A stretch of 64,000 nt of DNA from Stylophora pistillata. Its lineage: Eukaryota. Position 1 is the stretch's first letter; every line of letters starts with the position of its first letter. The position numbers were made by a program, and so were the translations under genes. Positions 35,511-50,500 of this stretch are shown here, piece by piece. The notes beneath the pieces are model-generated. The model saw nothing but the letters and a program-made list of their open reading frames with translations, did not search any database and was not told where the DNA came from. The stretch spans positions 1,003,242 to 1,067,241 of the forward strand of contig NW_019217790.1 in NCBI RefSeq assembly GCF_002571385.2. The letters are read 5' to 3'.

Positions 35511-38500
35511 ACTGAATTTGAAGGACCCGAAATTATTCTTCAACTCTGATCACTGTACAGGCAAACGAGTTTCAACTTTGAAACTGTTATTTCAACTAGT
35601 TGAAACACTTTAAAAATACTTGTCAAGTAGCAAGGTAACGATTATGTTGTTTTTGTTTCAATCAGTCTTGGAGATTTAATCACCTTGTTTCTGGACTTAC
35701 GGAAAATTGCCAACGGATAACAAAAAATGGCGCTTTTCGCAGCATTTTTTTGCTGAAGAACAAAACTAAAATTTTAACCCATCAAAGCAAGAATGAATTA
35801 AATTTAGAATAAATTAAAGCTTAACATTATTTGTTTTTATGTAATAATTAACTATTAAGTTGATGAAATTTGAGATGTTTTGAGTTCTACTTAATTACCT
35901 TGTTTCCGTTGCATGAAATAAACTTTATTTATGGTGACATGTTTTGAACTATTGCGTTCTTAGGAAGCAAAGTTCAAGTTCATTTATGAGCTCATTCATG
36001 TTGGAGAAAAGTAAACAATCATGTACGTAGTGTGGTTTGCAGAATGCAACATGAAATAAGTTAATTCACAAGCGAACAAAAGTGGAAGTCGCCACGAGCA
36101 AACCGGGCAATCAGAGTCTGACAACAGTTGCTTACAATTGGCCGAATTCCCTTCGGCCTCTTTTCCATAACGAGGCCAGGTGCTCAAAAAATGTGTGAAA
36201 ATGAGTTTAATTTGCATATGAATGAAAACCGCTGACGTATTATCATATGAAAGGCTGAGCAACTGGGCTCGCTTTAAAAAAGAATTTAGATTCATACGTG
36301 TGCTCACAAAAGTACAGTCAAAATTCCAATCACGCCCTCTTTTTTTCCGCTCTGGCGGCCGGCGGACCTTCCATAGAACCACTCGTACCCGAACCTCTCT
36401 TCCATGTTCACCTCTCCAAAATGGCAACGGCCAACGAGGCGTTTGTCTCCTTCGCAACCGTTGTTCGGTTTCGTCTCGAAAAGTGTTGTTTCCCCATCAT
36501 GCTTTGCTTAACGAGACCCAATGACTGTGGGGGACTGGTGGTGAAGTGCGGTTACTGTCGGTATGATCTTAATTGACCACTGATAGAGATGCAACACGGT
36601 AAGAAAGGTGTTTAGACAACATATCCAATATGGGCTTGCGAGGGTACAGACATATCGCTCATCGTTGACTTCGTTATAGATATACATTCTTTTTGCATAT
36701 GAAAGGTTACAACAAACCACGATCACAAAGAATTAAAGAATACCGAAACTTTATGACTATTTCCCCGGAATAAAAACTAATCAGCGGAAGTATATAAAGA
36801 GACATAACAGATATTAATGAAAATTTGCATAAATAACCATGTCCTTTTTTGGCAGGTAACTTTTGAATTAGTAGTGTTGATGAGGGTAAAGGTCACTGAA
36901 TAATTCTGCTTTGTTGTATTGGATGTTGGCTAATATAAAGTGCTCTTAAGGACCCTTGTTAGTTTGATTATTTCTTCAGTGAAACCATCTGCCTCTCGGA
37001 CTATTTACAGACTATTCGTTGCAGTCCTTCAGTGAATCATGAAAATTTAATACCATGCAACCAGCAAAAAAAAAAACGGCCTTTGTCTTCGACAATGGAC
37101 TTTGATGGAAGTATTTTCGTGTAATGAAAAGTGGAGTGCGGTTACAAGATGTGAATTCATCCAATAATTCTATTTTCTTTGATATAGAGGCATTTTTTAA
37201 CTTTGAATATACTATCTAAAGCACAATACTAACAATTGTTACAATAATCAGGGAAAACCTAAGATAAAGTGATTATAACCGAAACTTTTAAGCTCTTCAA
37301 GCTAGTCGTCTTAATCATGACCTTCTCTATGTATCCTAATGAAAAATTTTGCGCGCTAAAATGAAGCACCAAATACCCGACCCGGTGGAAATGTTGACTT
37401 CAGGTGGTATGCAGGTCTGTCTGTGTTTACACGTGATTTGCACAAATAACAGACATGTTGTTCAAATATTGTTCAATAAACGAGAGGTCAACATAAAAAA
37501 TTGCGGAGCACACTGTTTGAAACAAGACAACTGAATTATCACAGGTAGCAAAAAGCGATTTATTTCGGATTAATGCGTTGTTTTTCTACTTCTTTCAGTG
37601 CCCGAGGTAAGCCTTAATGATTTCAAACCTCAAGTGGAAATTATTACCACGCTCTCAGGGTGGGCTTTACATGCATTTCTTTTTATCACAGTGTTTTGTT
37701 AACTTCGAAAATTTCAAAAAGATTTGAAAACTTTAATCAGTGCGGTTGTGGACTAAAAACAATTGTAAATTGATACTCAAAGATTTATGGTTTTCGGAAA
37801 CCAATTATAAAAAAATAACATGACTTCAGCTCAGTAGACGGGAATCGGCACTAAAAGGTCAATATTTTAACTGAAAACGTGATAGCTGCTCGCAGAATAT
37901 TTCCCTCTGGAAACATGATATTTTGGTACTGAAAGAACATTTCATTTTCGTCTGGAACAGATTCAGGCCTAGAATTGTTCACAGGGCTACAGAAACATGA
38001 CCGTACCCCAGAAGAATCAGATCAAGTTTTCGTAGTTGCGTTTGGCAGGGTGGCACAATGTGCAGGGGAGCTAAATTCTATCCTTTGATGTCTCTGCTTT
38101 AATTCACTTAGAACTACGTGGTCAGCCAGGTCAAAGTACTGAAACAGTTAGCTCGACAAGTGCCCTTTAAATAAACATCCTGCAGAACTTTCACTATGAA
38201 TATAAACATCACGAACAGATACGATAAACAAAAGGTTTGAAATCAGGTAAGTTGACGTAATCAATATCACGATAAAACGTATTTTGTGTGCGGTTAAATA
38301 TGTAAATATCAATTTATAAAAGGCCGTGATTTCGTGCGCACAGTTTGTAATCCTTCAATTGAGTCCTCAACAAGGATTTCTCTTCGACCTCCTAAAACAT
38401 ATTATCTAGTATATCCTAAATATGTTGTAAATTGATTGCGGCCCTCTAAAATCCAATGGAATTAAGGTCTCACAGGTCGAGACCATAACATGATAAACAC

Positions 38501-41500
38501 AGTGCTTGTTTTCGCGTGTCGTGAGCGCCTTTAATTTTGACGCAAGCACTTGGAAAGCTATTGCTTTGACTCCAGAAGGTACATCACTGAGGTAAGAAGT
38601 TGTTACAATGTAATAATGATGTTAAAGACCTATCACTATCATTAATGTTATTAGGAAACTCTTCAGGAACACGATAATTAATAACTGAGGGGCCTTTCAG
38701 AAAATATGCTGCGCAAAATGTTCGGAATTATAGTTGACCAGGTCACTACGGGAGATGAATAATTACTAATATGAGAGAGCATGGGGTGCGGTGGAGATTC
38801 GTGGGCTTCACGTGCGCGCAGCGAAAATTTCTCGTTAGCGTACACAGGATGCGGATGAGTAATAGCAATGATAGTGGAATATCTTTATAAGAACTGTTGA
38901 GTGGAACCAGCAGCTTGCTTGACCTTAGAAACGTGCCATCAAAAACTGGTTCGAGTCGCGGTTCACATGTAGAAGGTTACATAAAAGCGAAAGAGCGTGT
39001 GTTTCACACGGCTTAATTTCTGATCTCTTTTGCTTTGGCTGTATGTTGTTCAACACAAAACCAAGCAATGCTTTCATTAGCTAACTATCCAAAAGCCCCG
39101 TTGCAGATAGCTTCAGTTCATCACCAGTCTAAAAGGGTACTGCTGGTTTTTAACAAACTTGGATGCACCTTGTTTTTACAGAAGTTTCGGTGTAGTTTTC
39201 CAGTTCGGAGAGATGACTCTGCAGACGCCAAAGCGCTTTATATTACGCAGATGTTTTTAACTTCAATGATTTTTTGAGCCCTGCATTTCTAATCAGCTAT
39301 TTAACTATTTCCTATATATTTTGATCATGATTATCTATCAAACTTTCGCATCTGCTCTTTACTAACGATGGCTTCGATAACAATGACAGGAAACTCCTTA
39401 GAAAATCATAACACTGAATAACAACGAATCAAAACAAGGCCAAACCGTAAAAACTTGATGCTCTTCAGGGCTGTCTAATTTCAAATTCCAGCTAATCCGC
39501 TTTTAAATGACACTTTTTTTCTGTCAGTACGGGTAGCTTTCGTGTAAGTTATCTGGGGATGAATAACGAATCAGTGCTTTATCTACACTTTCGCGTTCTC
39601 ATGTGACAATTAATAGTTTCGTGCTGTTTGTAAGTCTGACCTAATCTCTGAAGGAATTAGAGCAAAAAAGCCGGGCTAAAAAAATGCGGTGCGTTGTCTT
39701 TTGAAAGATCGTAATCTTGGAATATTTACGGAAAAAAAAGATAGAAAAACTCAATTTCAGTTAGCTATTTTCTCACCACTGAGCCTACGGATGAAAACAC
39801 GGAGAGTATACTAACAGAGAATTATCAGATGAAGATAAGAAAAAGTGGAGGACAAACAAAATTTCATCTTGTTACCACTTTACGCTTAGAAGGGCCTGAG
39901 ACTGGTTATATAAATACGTTTTCGTGACTGTAAGGGATAACTGAGGTGTGATAGGTGACTGAAGCCGGCCTTAATACCTGTAAACCCGGTTAATCCAAGC
40001 TTCGGCAATGATCCTTTAATCTGTTAGCTAGTAGTTGTTTTACCGGCTTATTATGCCCTCGTTATCTCATAAAAATAGCAAAACAACGCTACAACTCCGG
40101 GACCAGATGTTTAAAAGCCGATTTCGAGCGCTTGTTAATGCAAACTGTGATTTTTGTTTCATTTACGTATTTCATTCTTGGTTGCTATCACAAATATGAG
40201 GCTTTCGGCGTAAGGCTTACGCCGGATTGATGCTGAGTAAACCGCTCAGAAGAGCAAACGAGGAGAACCAATACTTGTTTCACTTACATCAGTAAAATGC
40301 CCGCTAGTCGCGAAAGAAATCACTAGAAGAAGCATTTTATTGCATTTAGCCTGGCCAAGTTCTTTTGCTCCACGCATGTATAAGGTAAGCCCGATATCAC
40401 TTGAAATTTTAATCCAAGGGGCTCAGTCGTTACTAAGGTTCTCATTGACACTTATGATTGCTTCACGTGAAGGAATCTTTTGGCATGCTCTCTCGTATCA
40501 CCCGAGCGACTCTATAGCTTTCGAATAGTCTATAAACAAGTTCTTCTTTTAATAAGTGAGTTGTAACCAGGTGGGTTCAATTCGTAATTATATAAAATTG
40601 TTACGCTCACGGTAGAAACAATTTTAAAGATTGATATTCAAAAAGATATCCTAAAATTCTCACGTTTCGGCCAAGAACTCCAGGGGAAAGTAATAAGAGA
40701 AATTTACAAAAAGCACGAATTGTTGAGAAAAAGCAAATTTGAACGATTGTTGATAAAGTCTTGTCCTTTTAGCACTAAAGTAAAATACTCGAGTGGCAAA
40801 TGAAGAAAAATCGTTTTGTTTGAGCAGGTCCCTGCAAATGTTTATCCCCATTGCTTCTAGAAGGCGTTGTGATTGTCAAATTGCACTTTTGCTTAATTCA
40901 TAAATTAAAGAGAAGCAACCATGGGCGTTACTCTTCCTCTTCTTAGAGGCTATGGATCAAAGTAATGGTCTAACAAAATAACCTTTATTCATATCTAATA
41001 ATTAATGTTTGATATTTTTAACACAAACTTAGATTGTAATTGAACAAACTTTAGTCTTTTATCAACAATCTGGGCACGGTCTAACAACCACAGAGAACAC
41101 TTAGCTTGTTTCATTTAGTTTAAGGCCTGTAGGCGACTTCCCGTCACGTTTCCGCAGAGGGAATTAGAAGTTGTTTGGGAAGTATATTCGCTGTCATATT
41201 AAAGTTCGCTTTGGCTGAAAGCTTTTAAGGTTCGGAGAGTGTATAATGGCCTCGTCTTTTGCTTTAATTCTTCTTTTGCGTGTGTCTTCCGTCTCGGTCC
41301 TAAAGTTGCAAAACCGATGGTACCACTCTGATATTTCACGCATATTAGATAAAATATCTAATATAGGATATTGCATGGCCGTGCCTAATTATAAGGAAGA
41401 ATTTTGTCTACGAATCAAACTTTCATCGAAAGAAGATAACTAATCATCCACGAAGGGACATGTTATGGTTTGTTTATTACATAGATATTAATTACAAACA

Positions 41501-44500
41501 TAAAATCAAGGACAATTCTAAACCGCATTATAAGAGAACCGAAAGTAGAGATCACCTGCCCGTGAACTCAGCCGCTTGCCGTAGGGTTGCTTCAACGTCT
41601 GATTTATATGATAAGTGCATAAATGGTAATAATTACATTACTTGCTTGAAGTCCGACATCTCATTTCATGTCTTGGAGAGCCACTTATTTTGCAACGTTT
41701 TCTACTTGACAATTCATTTTATGTATTTCGTTCTTACTGGCATTGAGTATTTGGACTAGGAAAGTATATCCAAAGTAGATCTATAGTAAAGTTCGATACC
41801 AAGGAACCAACAATTATGGAACACTTCACTTATACAACCTGCAGCTAAATTGCGTCATTTTTTTACAATTTGCATGAACTTCCGGTGATACATAGCTAAT
41901 TATGTTCTTCTAGAGTAATCTACTGTTTACTGACCCCGTTGACTCTGTTCTTGGCGGTTAGATGCATCTGCAGAAAAACCAATAGAAAAATAAAAGAATA
42001 GAATTCAAACAGGCTTCCGTTCAAGTTCTAAGAGGCCACACAGCGTGAGGACAGGAAGGCGGCAGAGAACTGAGGGCTATAAAATTTTCCGGTTTGTACC
42101 TATAGCCATATGTTGTTTAGTTCCTTTTTCTGAGAGTCGTCATAACAAACACTTCTTACGAGCGTTTGTACGGTACTTTTATTACGCTTTACAGTGGTGA
42201 GTTATACGTTGGCCTCTAAGCTTTACGAAAGAAGCTGAGTTCAGAAAACCGTTCGCACCGAAAGAGCTGGAGCAGAGATTGAATTTGATCGAGGTAAAAT
42301 TACCATTAGTTAGATTCTTATCAACATTAGAAGTTACAATCATAAATTATAATTGTCACGTTTGCTCTTGGAGTTGATAACAGGACAGCCTTTGGTTCAA
42401 ATATGTGAGCTACTAGCTAGTAAGACCAAGACATCAAGACTGAAACATAGCTGAAAGAAGAAATTAAATGAAATATGTCCAGCTTAAGCTAAACGTAATT
42501 AAAGTTTGCGATTAACCAAATTCGCGCTTTCAGCTTGATTTCCCTGACACGGTGAATCTGAATTAATATAACGGTTGTTTGCCATTCAGTTGACACAAAA
42601 GAAAATAAACTTAACACAAGGTCTGATGAAATACGTTGACTTTTGATTCGTAATGAGAAAGTGTTTGAAGCTGAGGCGTACATATTTACCACCACGACAC
42701 TTAGGCCAAAATCACAGCTTTATCATGTTTATTAGCCTTAATCATATGCAACTAAAATTGAATTAGAAATATTAAACTAAGAGGATGCAGTGTGTGTGTA
42801 AACTGATACCAGGTATTTCCCGCGGATTTTAATTCAAGAGGTTGACTTCTGGCAGGCTTAGTTACCACACAACCTAACGTACTCTATATAATCGAGGAAA
42901 TTTGCCTGGAATATCAGTTATGTTGCTATATATTTCCCTTCACAGTTGTCTATTATTTTTACACTTTCGGTTTTGTATTTGAAGTTGTGACTGAATTAAC
43001 AAGAATAGAAAACTAAATTAATATAGAGACAAACGCAGAAAACCTTGCTTGGTTTCCGCCGTTTGCGTTGTCAAACGCATGTCTCGCGTACAGCGTGGTA
43101 GAAAGGAGCCAAAGGTACTCTTATATTTTCCGGTTTGCTTCTTTTTTCAAGTCATTTTAGCGAATTACTAAATTTAAAGGTTGAAATGAGCATTTGTTCG
43201 GCACATTTGGAACACTTGATTTGAACTGGACACCACCCTAGGGGAGAGAAGATAGGTTAAGCAGCAGACACATGAGTTACAGAGGTGCCCTTCGGTAAGG
43301 CCATGTAAGGCCTTGTTTCATGAGACGTTAGATATATCACATTAACTGTTACAACACATTTAAGGGCCAGCGGTCCAACTGCGTACTAGGCTTCAGTTCC
43401 CTCGCGTTGGTATTTAAGTTTTGAGTTTTCGCGCGAAAAAATGTCATTCATGCTGTTTGTCGTCTTATGATCGTTATGCTGCATCGCGTGTCCGTTTAGA
43501 TATCCAAACCGTCACGGTATGTTTTACGTTGTTATTTCGCTAGATTTATTTCGTTTTGTTGTTGTTTTATCATGTAACCGTTTTGAAATGTTGCCGGTAC
43601 GTTCGTTACAACAGCTATATGTCCAGGTAGCTTTCGCAGGGAATGGAATTCAAAACAAATTAGGCTATTAGTTCATACAGTATCGTTCAGCTTCAGATTA
43701 AAGAAATGATTATTAGAAGAAATGAAACACGTTCCAAGATTTCACACCGAAACATTCGCGAGAGAAACGAGTCAAAATTCGAAATTTTGAAATGGAAGTT
43801 GAATCCGAGTCATCAAGTCGCGTACGAAATTGGCCCCATACCTCACTTTGATCTTACATCAGTGTGTAGGAAGAAAGCGGTCACCATACGCTAAAACAGC
43901 GCCGGGTAAAACACAGTTAGTTTAATCATGCTCAACAGCTTGCATCCCATGTAGACTAAAAATCGAAACAAAAATGTTCAACTTTCTATGTTTTTACAAT
44001 GTGTCTGTTCTCTATCACTCTGGGAACATGGGTAAGACCGACAAAAATGTATCTAGACTTTTCTCGCCGTGGGTATTATAGACCACTGAGAAGTTTACAT
44101 AGCTCCACAACTTTATTTGCATTTTATTCGCGTACGTTCTCTAAAAGGGTGACTGATATCTTTTCAGTTGGGTATGTCGATCACTACTTTATAGATCTTA
44201 TGGGCAGGCCGCTATTTCACACGCTCAATAACTGGAAAGCAGACTGATCCAGCTTCAGGATAAATTTAGTGCGTGATCAGGGGCAGATTTTAATTAAAAC
44301 CATTGTTTTTTTTACCAGCGGGTCGGGGAGAATTCCTGAAGGCGTCGTTTTAATTGTACAAAACAATCCTGTGGTTTTTTAAACTTCTTAAAATGCATGA
44401 TTATTTAAAGCGCTATTAAAGCAATCGGAAGGAAAATGTCAAAGTGTGAAAAGCTAGAGCTAGCTGTGCCGTGAAAATTTAATTTTTAGATCTGTTTTTT

Positions 44501-47500
44501 GTTTTTTTTTTTGTTTTTTTACTTTAACACAAAACCGTGACATGTTAAATGAATTTGAATCGTCAGTTATTTCTCTTGGAATACCACGGTGATGATATCC
44601 CATCTGAAATCTTTTGAAATATTCCTGCCTTTGAATAATTCTTCAGTTTGACTTTTTCCGTAATGATGACGAGACGTGCTAAATTTTTAAAGAGAGACTT
44701 TTATTTAAAATCCAAGGTTTACGTAGGCAGGATGTTCGACAAATCCCACGTCCTTTGAAACGCTGAATTCAAAGTAGAATTAAGAATTATTTTTCACTAA
44801 GTTTATATTGAAAAAAACACTTATAACCGTGATTCCTCAAACCTAGATGAGAAGCGTCTAAGAGCCAATTAATCCTTTCCACTCGACTTTATTTCTCTAG
44901 TCTCATACTGTTATTTTCAGAGATGTTTTCCTCTTCTTGCGCAGTTTTTGAATGGTCCAAAACGAATACAGTTGTCATTTTAGAATCTCCGATAAACCAC
45001 ACTCGCCATGATTGGTCAATTTTAGCCTAGTAACTATAGGCCGTATTCTTTAAAAGGACTTGCTTTGCACGTTCAGGAATTACAAGGATTTCCCTTCTTT
45101 GGGGCTGTAGCCATACAACGAACACGTTGTAATTTTTGTTGTTGTTCCTAACTGTAAAGTGTGAATCTGAGGTTTTGCTGCTACTTTGGACAACGAAACG
45201 TTGAGGAACGAGAGATAAACCACAAAGCAGAAATTTTTACCACCTGCTCGTACATAAATTCAGATCAGGACGCATTAAAACAAGAACTTTCAACCAAAGG
45301 TTTTCTTTTGTTATGGTAGTTGACTCATTAAGGCACGTCGCGATACGTTGAAACTCGAGAGAAGTTTTCTCCAACACCCCATTAAACTTTCAGTGAACAG
45401 CTAATTTGGTCCCATAGTGTTAATGAAAAGTTCTGACACCAGCTTTTATGTAATCAGCTGCTGATATACCGTTATGATTGGTCGAATTTTTTTCACTCAA
45501 CTCGAAATACAAACGTTACTCTGTGTTGTTTACAACAGAGACTTCGAAGGTAAATTTCACGAAAGGTGGGTGGAAGCTGAGTAAACTTAGGACGAGCTGA
45601 CCTTAAGAGAACTTTTGAAAACGAGCTAGTATGATTTCTAAGTGTATCTTAATAATTAGTTGGTTATCAAAATAAAGTTGTAAAAAAAGGTGAAACACCG
45701 TGGCGGATTTTGAAAAGCGAACATTGCGAGCGTTATTTGTTCCGACGACAACTTTACAGAAACGTATGCGCTGATAGCTTTTCAAAATTTGCCACGGGGT
45801 TTTACATACCTCTATCAACTAACAGTAGATAACCAATTGACTGTTTCAGCCAATGCAGCCAACGCAGCAAAACCTCGTTCATTTGCTTCGTTGCAACTAC
45901 AGGTGTTAATTGTTAGATAATTAAACTTTGCCGACAGACACTTTGTTGAGCTTGAGTGGACATTTTTAATATTACCCTTGAAAACGACATGATCATTGAA
46001 ATTCTGCGCAGAAAGCATACTATATCACACGTTATTTAATTTTGCAAAGATGTTAGGTGGCTTAAATCTTTCTTTCTGGTGGATTCCGGACGTTTCAGGT
46101 TGACTTAAAAATATTTACACACGGTGGCAGCCATAAAATGGTTTTTTTTATCTGAATGGTTTGTCAATGCATAAATTTACAGAGTGCACTATTACGGCAA
46201 AACACGTCTTTGTCAAACTGAGTCGATGTGATTGGTCCATTTGAGAGTGTAATTGATAGATCTTCAGTTTATAAATTAGTTTATCGAGCCTGATTAGGGT
46301 TTGGGTGGTTTGAGGATAAATATTGCACAATTCAGCGGATGAAGACCTTTATGTTTGTGTGCCGAGTTTTAATCAAGATATTTCATATTCGTAACACTTT
46401 TATAAAACCCATCAAATGACGAAAATTTTGGTCTGGTTTTGTGGAATCAGCGCGGATTACTGGGGAACCGAGGATTCCGAAGTCGAGAAGTCATACGATA
46501 GATAGGTCATCACATTAAGCAAAGAAAGCAGATTGGTGAGTTCGGTAAATGTGTTGTTATTGAGACCGGATAAGAATTAATTGGTAGCTTTGAGTTACGA
46601 ATTACTGAATTATGGCACAATGAGAATACGAACCTCTCTGCACAACAGTCAATTTGTCATTACCCGATCAATGTTTTCGCAAGTGCTGTTTCACTCGTTT
46701 TTGGCTTTTGTTTGTTGTTGTTGTTGTTATTTGGATTCGTTTTGTTTTAATCTGAATGCCACACGTTGGTTCCTATTCATGGGAGCGTGAAGGTTACCAA
46801 TAGTCCTTGACAAGCAAGCCCTCTGCTGGTTAATTGTTAAAGGTGGTGATTCTCAGCTTGAACTACGCGGTTGCTTCTGAGAGAGAATAGAGTTATTCGT
46901 GTAACTCGAAGGCTCATAGCACGTAGCATAAAAAGGAATAAGTTTAATGTTCCGTGTTGCGATTTTAGTCAACGTGAAACATCCTGTAAATAGTAAAAAA
47001 AAGACGCTTTATTGAACTGCTTAATCACGGTTATTTTCAATTACAAAAAAATGGAACTAAACCTTTTCTATTAGCACAATTAGGCCGAATGATTTCTCGC
47101 TAGTAATAGTAGAAGAAGGGAGTTAGTCTTAAACATCGTCTCAAGACTATAACCGTGAAATTAACGTTAAAATTAAAGTCAGCGTCTATTACGCTTTGAT
47201 GCGTAATGTGACAGATTTGAACGGTAAAACAGATCTTGGTTGATGACACTTAGTATTCATCAACTCCGCTCATAGAGGAGGCAATCCAGAGGAAAATAAC
47301 GAAAGTCGTGACCTAACTAATCGATAGATACATGGTTTGCCCTTACGAAAAGCAGTGAAAAGCAAGTAGGTGACAACGATAACTTTATCTTTTATTTTTT
47401 TTTTCACATTTTTTTCATTTTAGCATTTTAATGTTTTCGACCAGCTGTGAGGTGACGTTGGGATATATAATGACATGAAGCAAATCTTCATGTTTTGCCA

Positions 47501-50500
47501 TTCTTTCTTTAATTAATTTAACCTTGCCAAACGCCTTCTGTAGGTAAAGGCATTTTACATGGAAGAGCTTCCCCAAAGTCAAAGTTAATTTCAAAGGACG
47601 CATTTTGGTGTCGCTGTAATTTTCACTGAACGAACGTGTTGACACATCTAATTTTAATCGGTGATTTTCAGTGACAGTAGTTTTCTGATTATTTACACGG
47701 CTATTTTTCTTTTCAATGCACCTAAGTGAGCCCGGATTATTTATTAATTCATAGCATGTTCTGAGCCTTCTAACTAATGATGCACTTGACTATAAAAGAG
47801 TTGTCATTACCCCTTGACAATTTACACTGCCTATCCCACCGTTAAGGCTTGATAATGAAGGGTTCCCTTTACGTTATAAGGATCATATCTACACGAACAC
47901 CTTTTAGATAAATGACCGTGACGTCGAAGGAACAAATGGCTAAATCGTTTTGAGCCATTGTTCCTGAAAAATTGTCGATGCTATTGGAGGACAAATTTAA
48001 TAATGGTTATCACGTGTAAACAGCGCTTATAACGTTTGTTCACTTTTTCCGTTTTCATTTGAGTTATATGTTCGCCAGGTAAATATTAATTAGTAACTGT
48101 TCCAGTAAGTTCTTTATCTAGGTAAGAGGTCTGCGAAAAAGTTTTTACTTCGAGCTGTGACGATCAAGTCATCTCGGTTAGCGAACACTGAGACAGGCCG
48201 AGCGCTACCTGCATTCTCGTTTGACAGAAGCCCAAACAGCTCATATAATATTCAGAAGGAAACAGGTTTCGGTAGGTGGGAGAATGTTAGTTGTCTTTAG
48301 TGTGTTTTAATCATCAATACTTCTCCAAGGCTCTTCCTCTTTTTCTTGAAAAATCCTACAAGAAGGCCATTGTTTAATAAAAGTGTGTTTTGAAGAATAC
48401 ACTTCGATCACGGTTTAATTTTTTTGTTTGTTTGCCAAGATGAAAAGTAAGTCACTGAAGAGGTGTTATATGATCTTGTTGCGTGGCATAGAGAACGAAA
48501 CTGAGAGGAGCAGTGTTATCACAAGTTTTAATCAATAATTCAAACGGCATGTTTTGTGTATGTTGAAATACAAAATATGTTGTAAAACTACAAGAATAGC
48601 TTCATTATTTCATTTCACACCTGGTAAATTCATCTCTGTTCGATTTTACGACTTCGCTTTTGAATATTTAAAAATCCTTTACGACCTTCCTTGGAAACCC
48701 TCATTCATTCAAGAACCGGTTTCGTGTCGGAATAACTCTTTAAAAACAGAAGGCAGATTGTGGAAGTCCTCATTAATGATAAATACAATCAAGGACGTTT
48801 TATTATATTCTAACGCCCAACGCTTTTTTAAGGTTAAGAGTTCGGCGTTAAATGTAAAAAAAATTGGCCGTTAAAAACATTGCGCACACGAAAAAATCGC
48901 TTAAGATGAATTATCATTTTCTTTTTGGGAACAAATCTCCTAACAAATAGGCACAGCCATTAAGAAGATGCTAAATCTTTTTCATTTTAGAATAGGAGCG
49001 AAATTTTACCCGTTTCTCCATTTCATGCAATGATTTGGGAGAATTAAAACTTTTAGAATTATTTTTCTGAAGTTACACAACTCATTATACATAAGATATA
49101 AAAGTTTCCCCTGAAGAACTGCATTAGAAATAAAAATATGATCGCTATATTACATGGTTCGGGAGGCATTATGTGTCCTAAAGTTCGTTTGGTTGGAAGG
49201 TTTGTTTATATCTTAATTTTGTGTTTCTAAAAAGGATTTTTCTTTCTATCGGCTACATTATTCACCAGTATTCCGTGATGGCCTAAATTCGTTTGGGAAT
49301 TAAACGAAGAGTTTTTCAGTTTTTAGAAACGCCATATGTAACACGGTCCTCTAAGACCTTACGAAAAAGGAATTGAAAGCTATTTTTGGAACTAAAATCA
49401 TTATTAACCATGTGCTCCATCCTTCTTTAACTTAACTTTTAACGTTAGATTTTTGACTGACGGCATCATTTGAGAATTCACGAATGCAGATTGTTTGGTA
49501 TCAAGAATCACGAACAAGAGTGATTAATATTCTTTGTATGAAAATCCATTTATTCTTATGTATATGAACGCAGTGCTAATGGGTTTATATGGAGGATGAA
49601 AGGAAATCAAGTGTATTGTTTGATATCTCTTTCCTCAATATTTCCGCGCTCATATTGATTTTATCGCTATGATGGCCTTGTATTCTTTGTACGTGCAGTA
49701 AGACTTAAGATAAATAAATTCCGGACAGTACTGCGTTTGCGCCCCTTTGAGTGCTATGGAATACTCCGTTGCATACCTTTACGAAAATTTCTTACATAAA
49801 CAAAATATCAAAAATTACCAATCATTTAGTTTTGGTTAGTTTCCTTCGTTGCTGTTAGACTTCTGGATCAAGATATCTTAAATCAAACTATAGATAAGTT
49901 ATTACAAAACACTCCAATCTTCTGTGGAAAGAGAAAAACGCTTATGGCAATATTTCAAGCTATACGATGATCAGTTTTTTTGGCTGTTTCATTGCTTAGT
50001 TGCGCTGGAAAGTTTTGGCAAAAGCTCAGAAAAAGTTTTGTTGCTTGGCAAAAAAATCAAGCAAAGGTTTCTCTCTGAGAAGAAGGATGTTCAACTGAAT
50101 GTTAAATTTATGCAACTGGGTTTCAAGCCATGTAATCAAACTTTCCACCTTCCTGACTGATAAGATTTTTGTTGCTATTTTATATACCCCTCACTGTTTT
50201 CACGTCTTTCCTGACATAATTTGGGAGAGTTCGTTATGAACTTTCACTTCCAATAAACTTTACATGTGTAGTTCACTACTGCGTGCGTGGGAGTTGGTAC
50301 AAGTAAACAAACAATTCCTCTTTTTTTTTTTTTTGCTCAAAGTCCTTCATCCTCGACTAAATTTGAAAAATCATTTCTGGCATCGTTTTGTTCTGAAAAG
50401 AAAATCATTGGGTCTCAATTCGTTCAGTAACTATCATAAAACATATTTTGTATTCTGCTTCTTTTAAATCTTTCTCCTGGAGGTGTACAGGATTGAATTT

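Noticed and set aside
35996-36726. Cluster of overlapping ORFs in a GC-richer patch
   Set aside because: No recognisable domain or consistent splice pattern; more likely decayed repeats or regulatory DNA.
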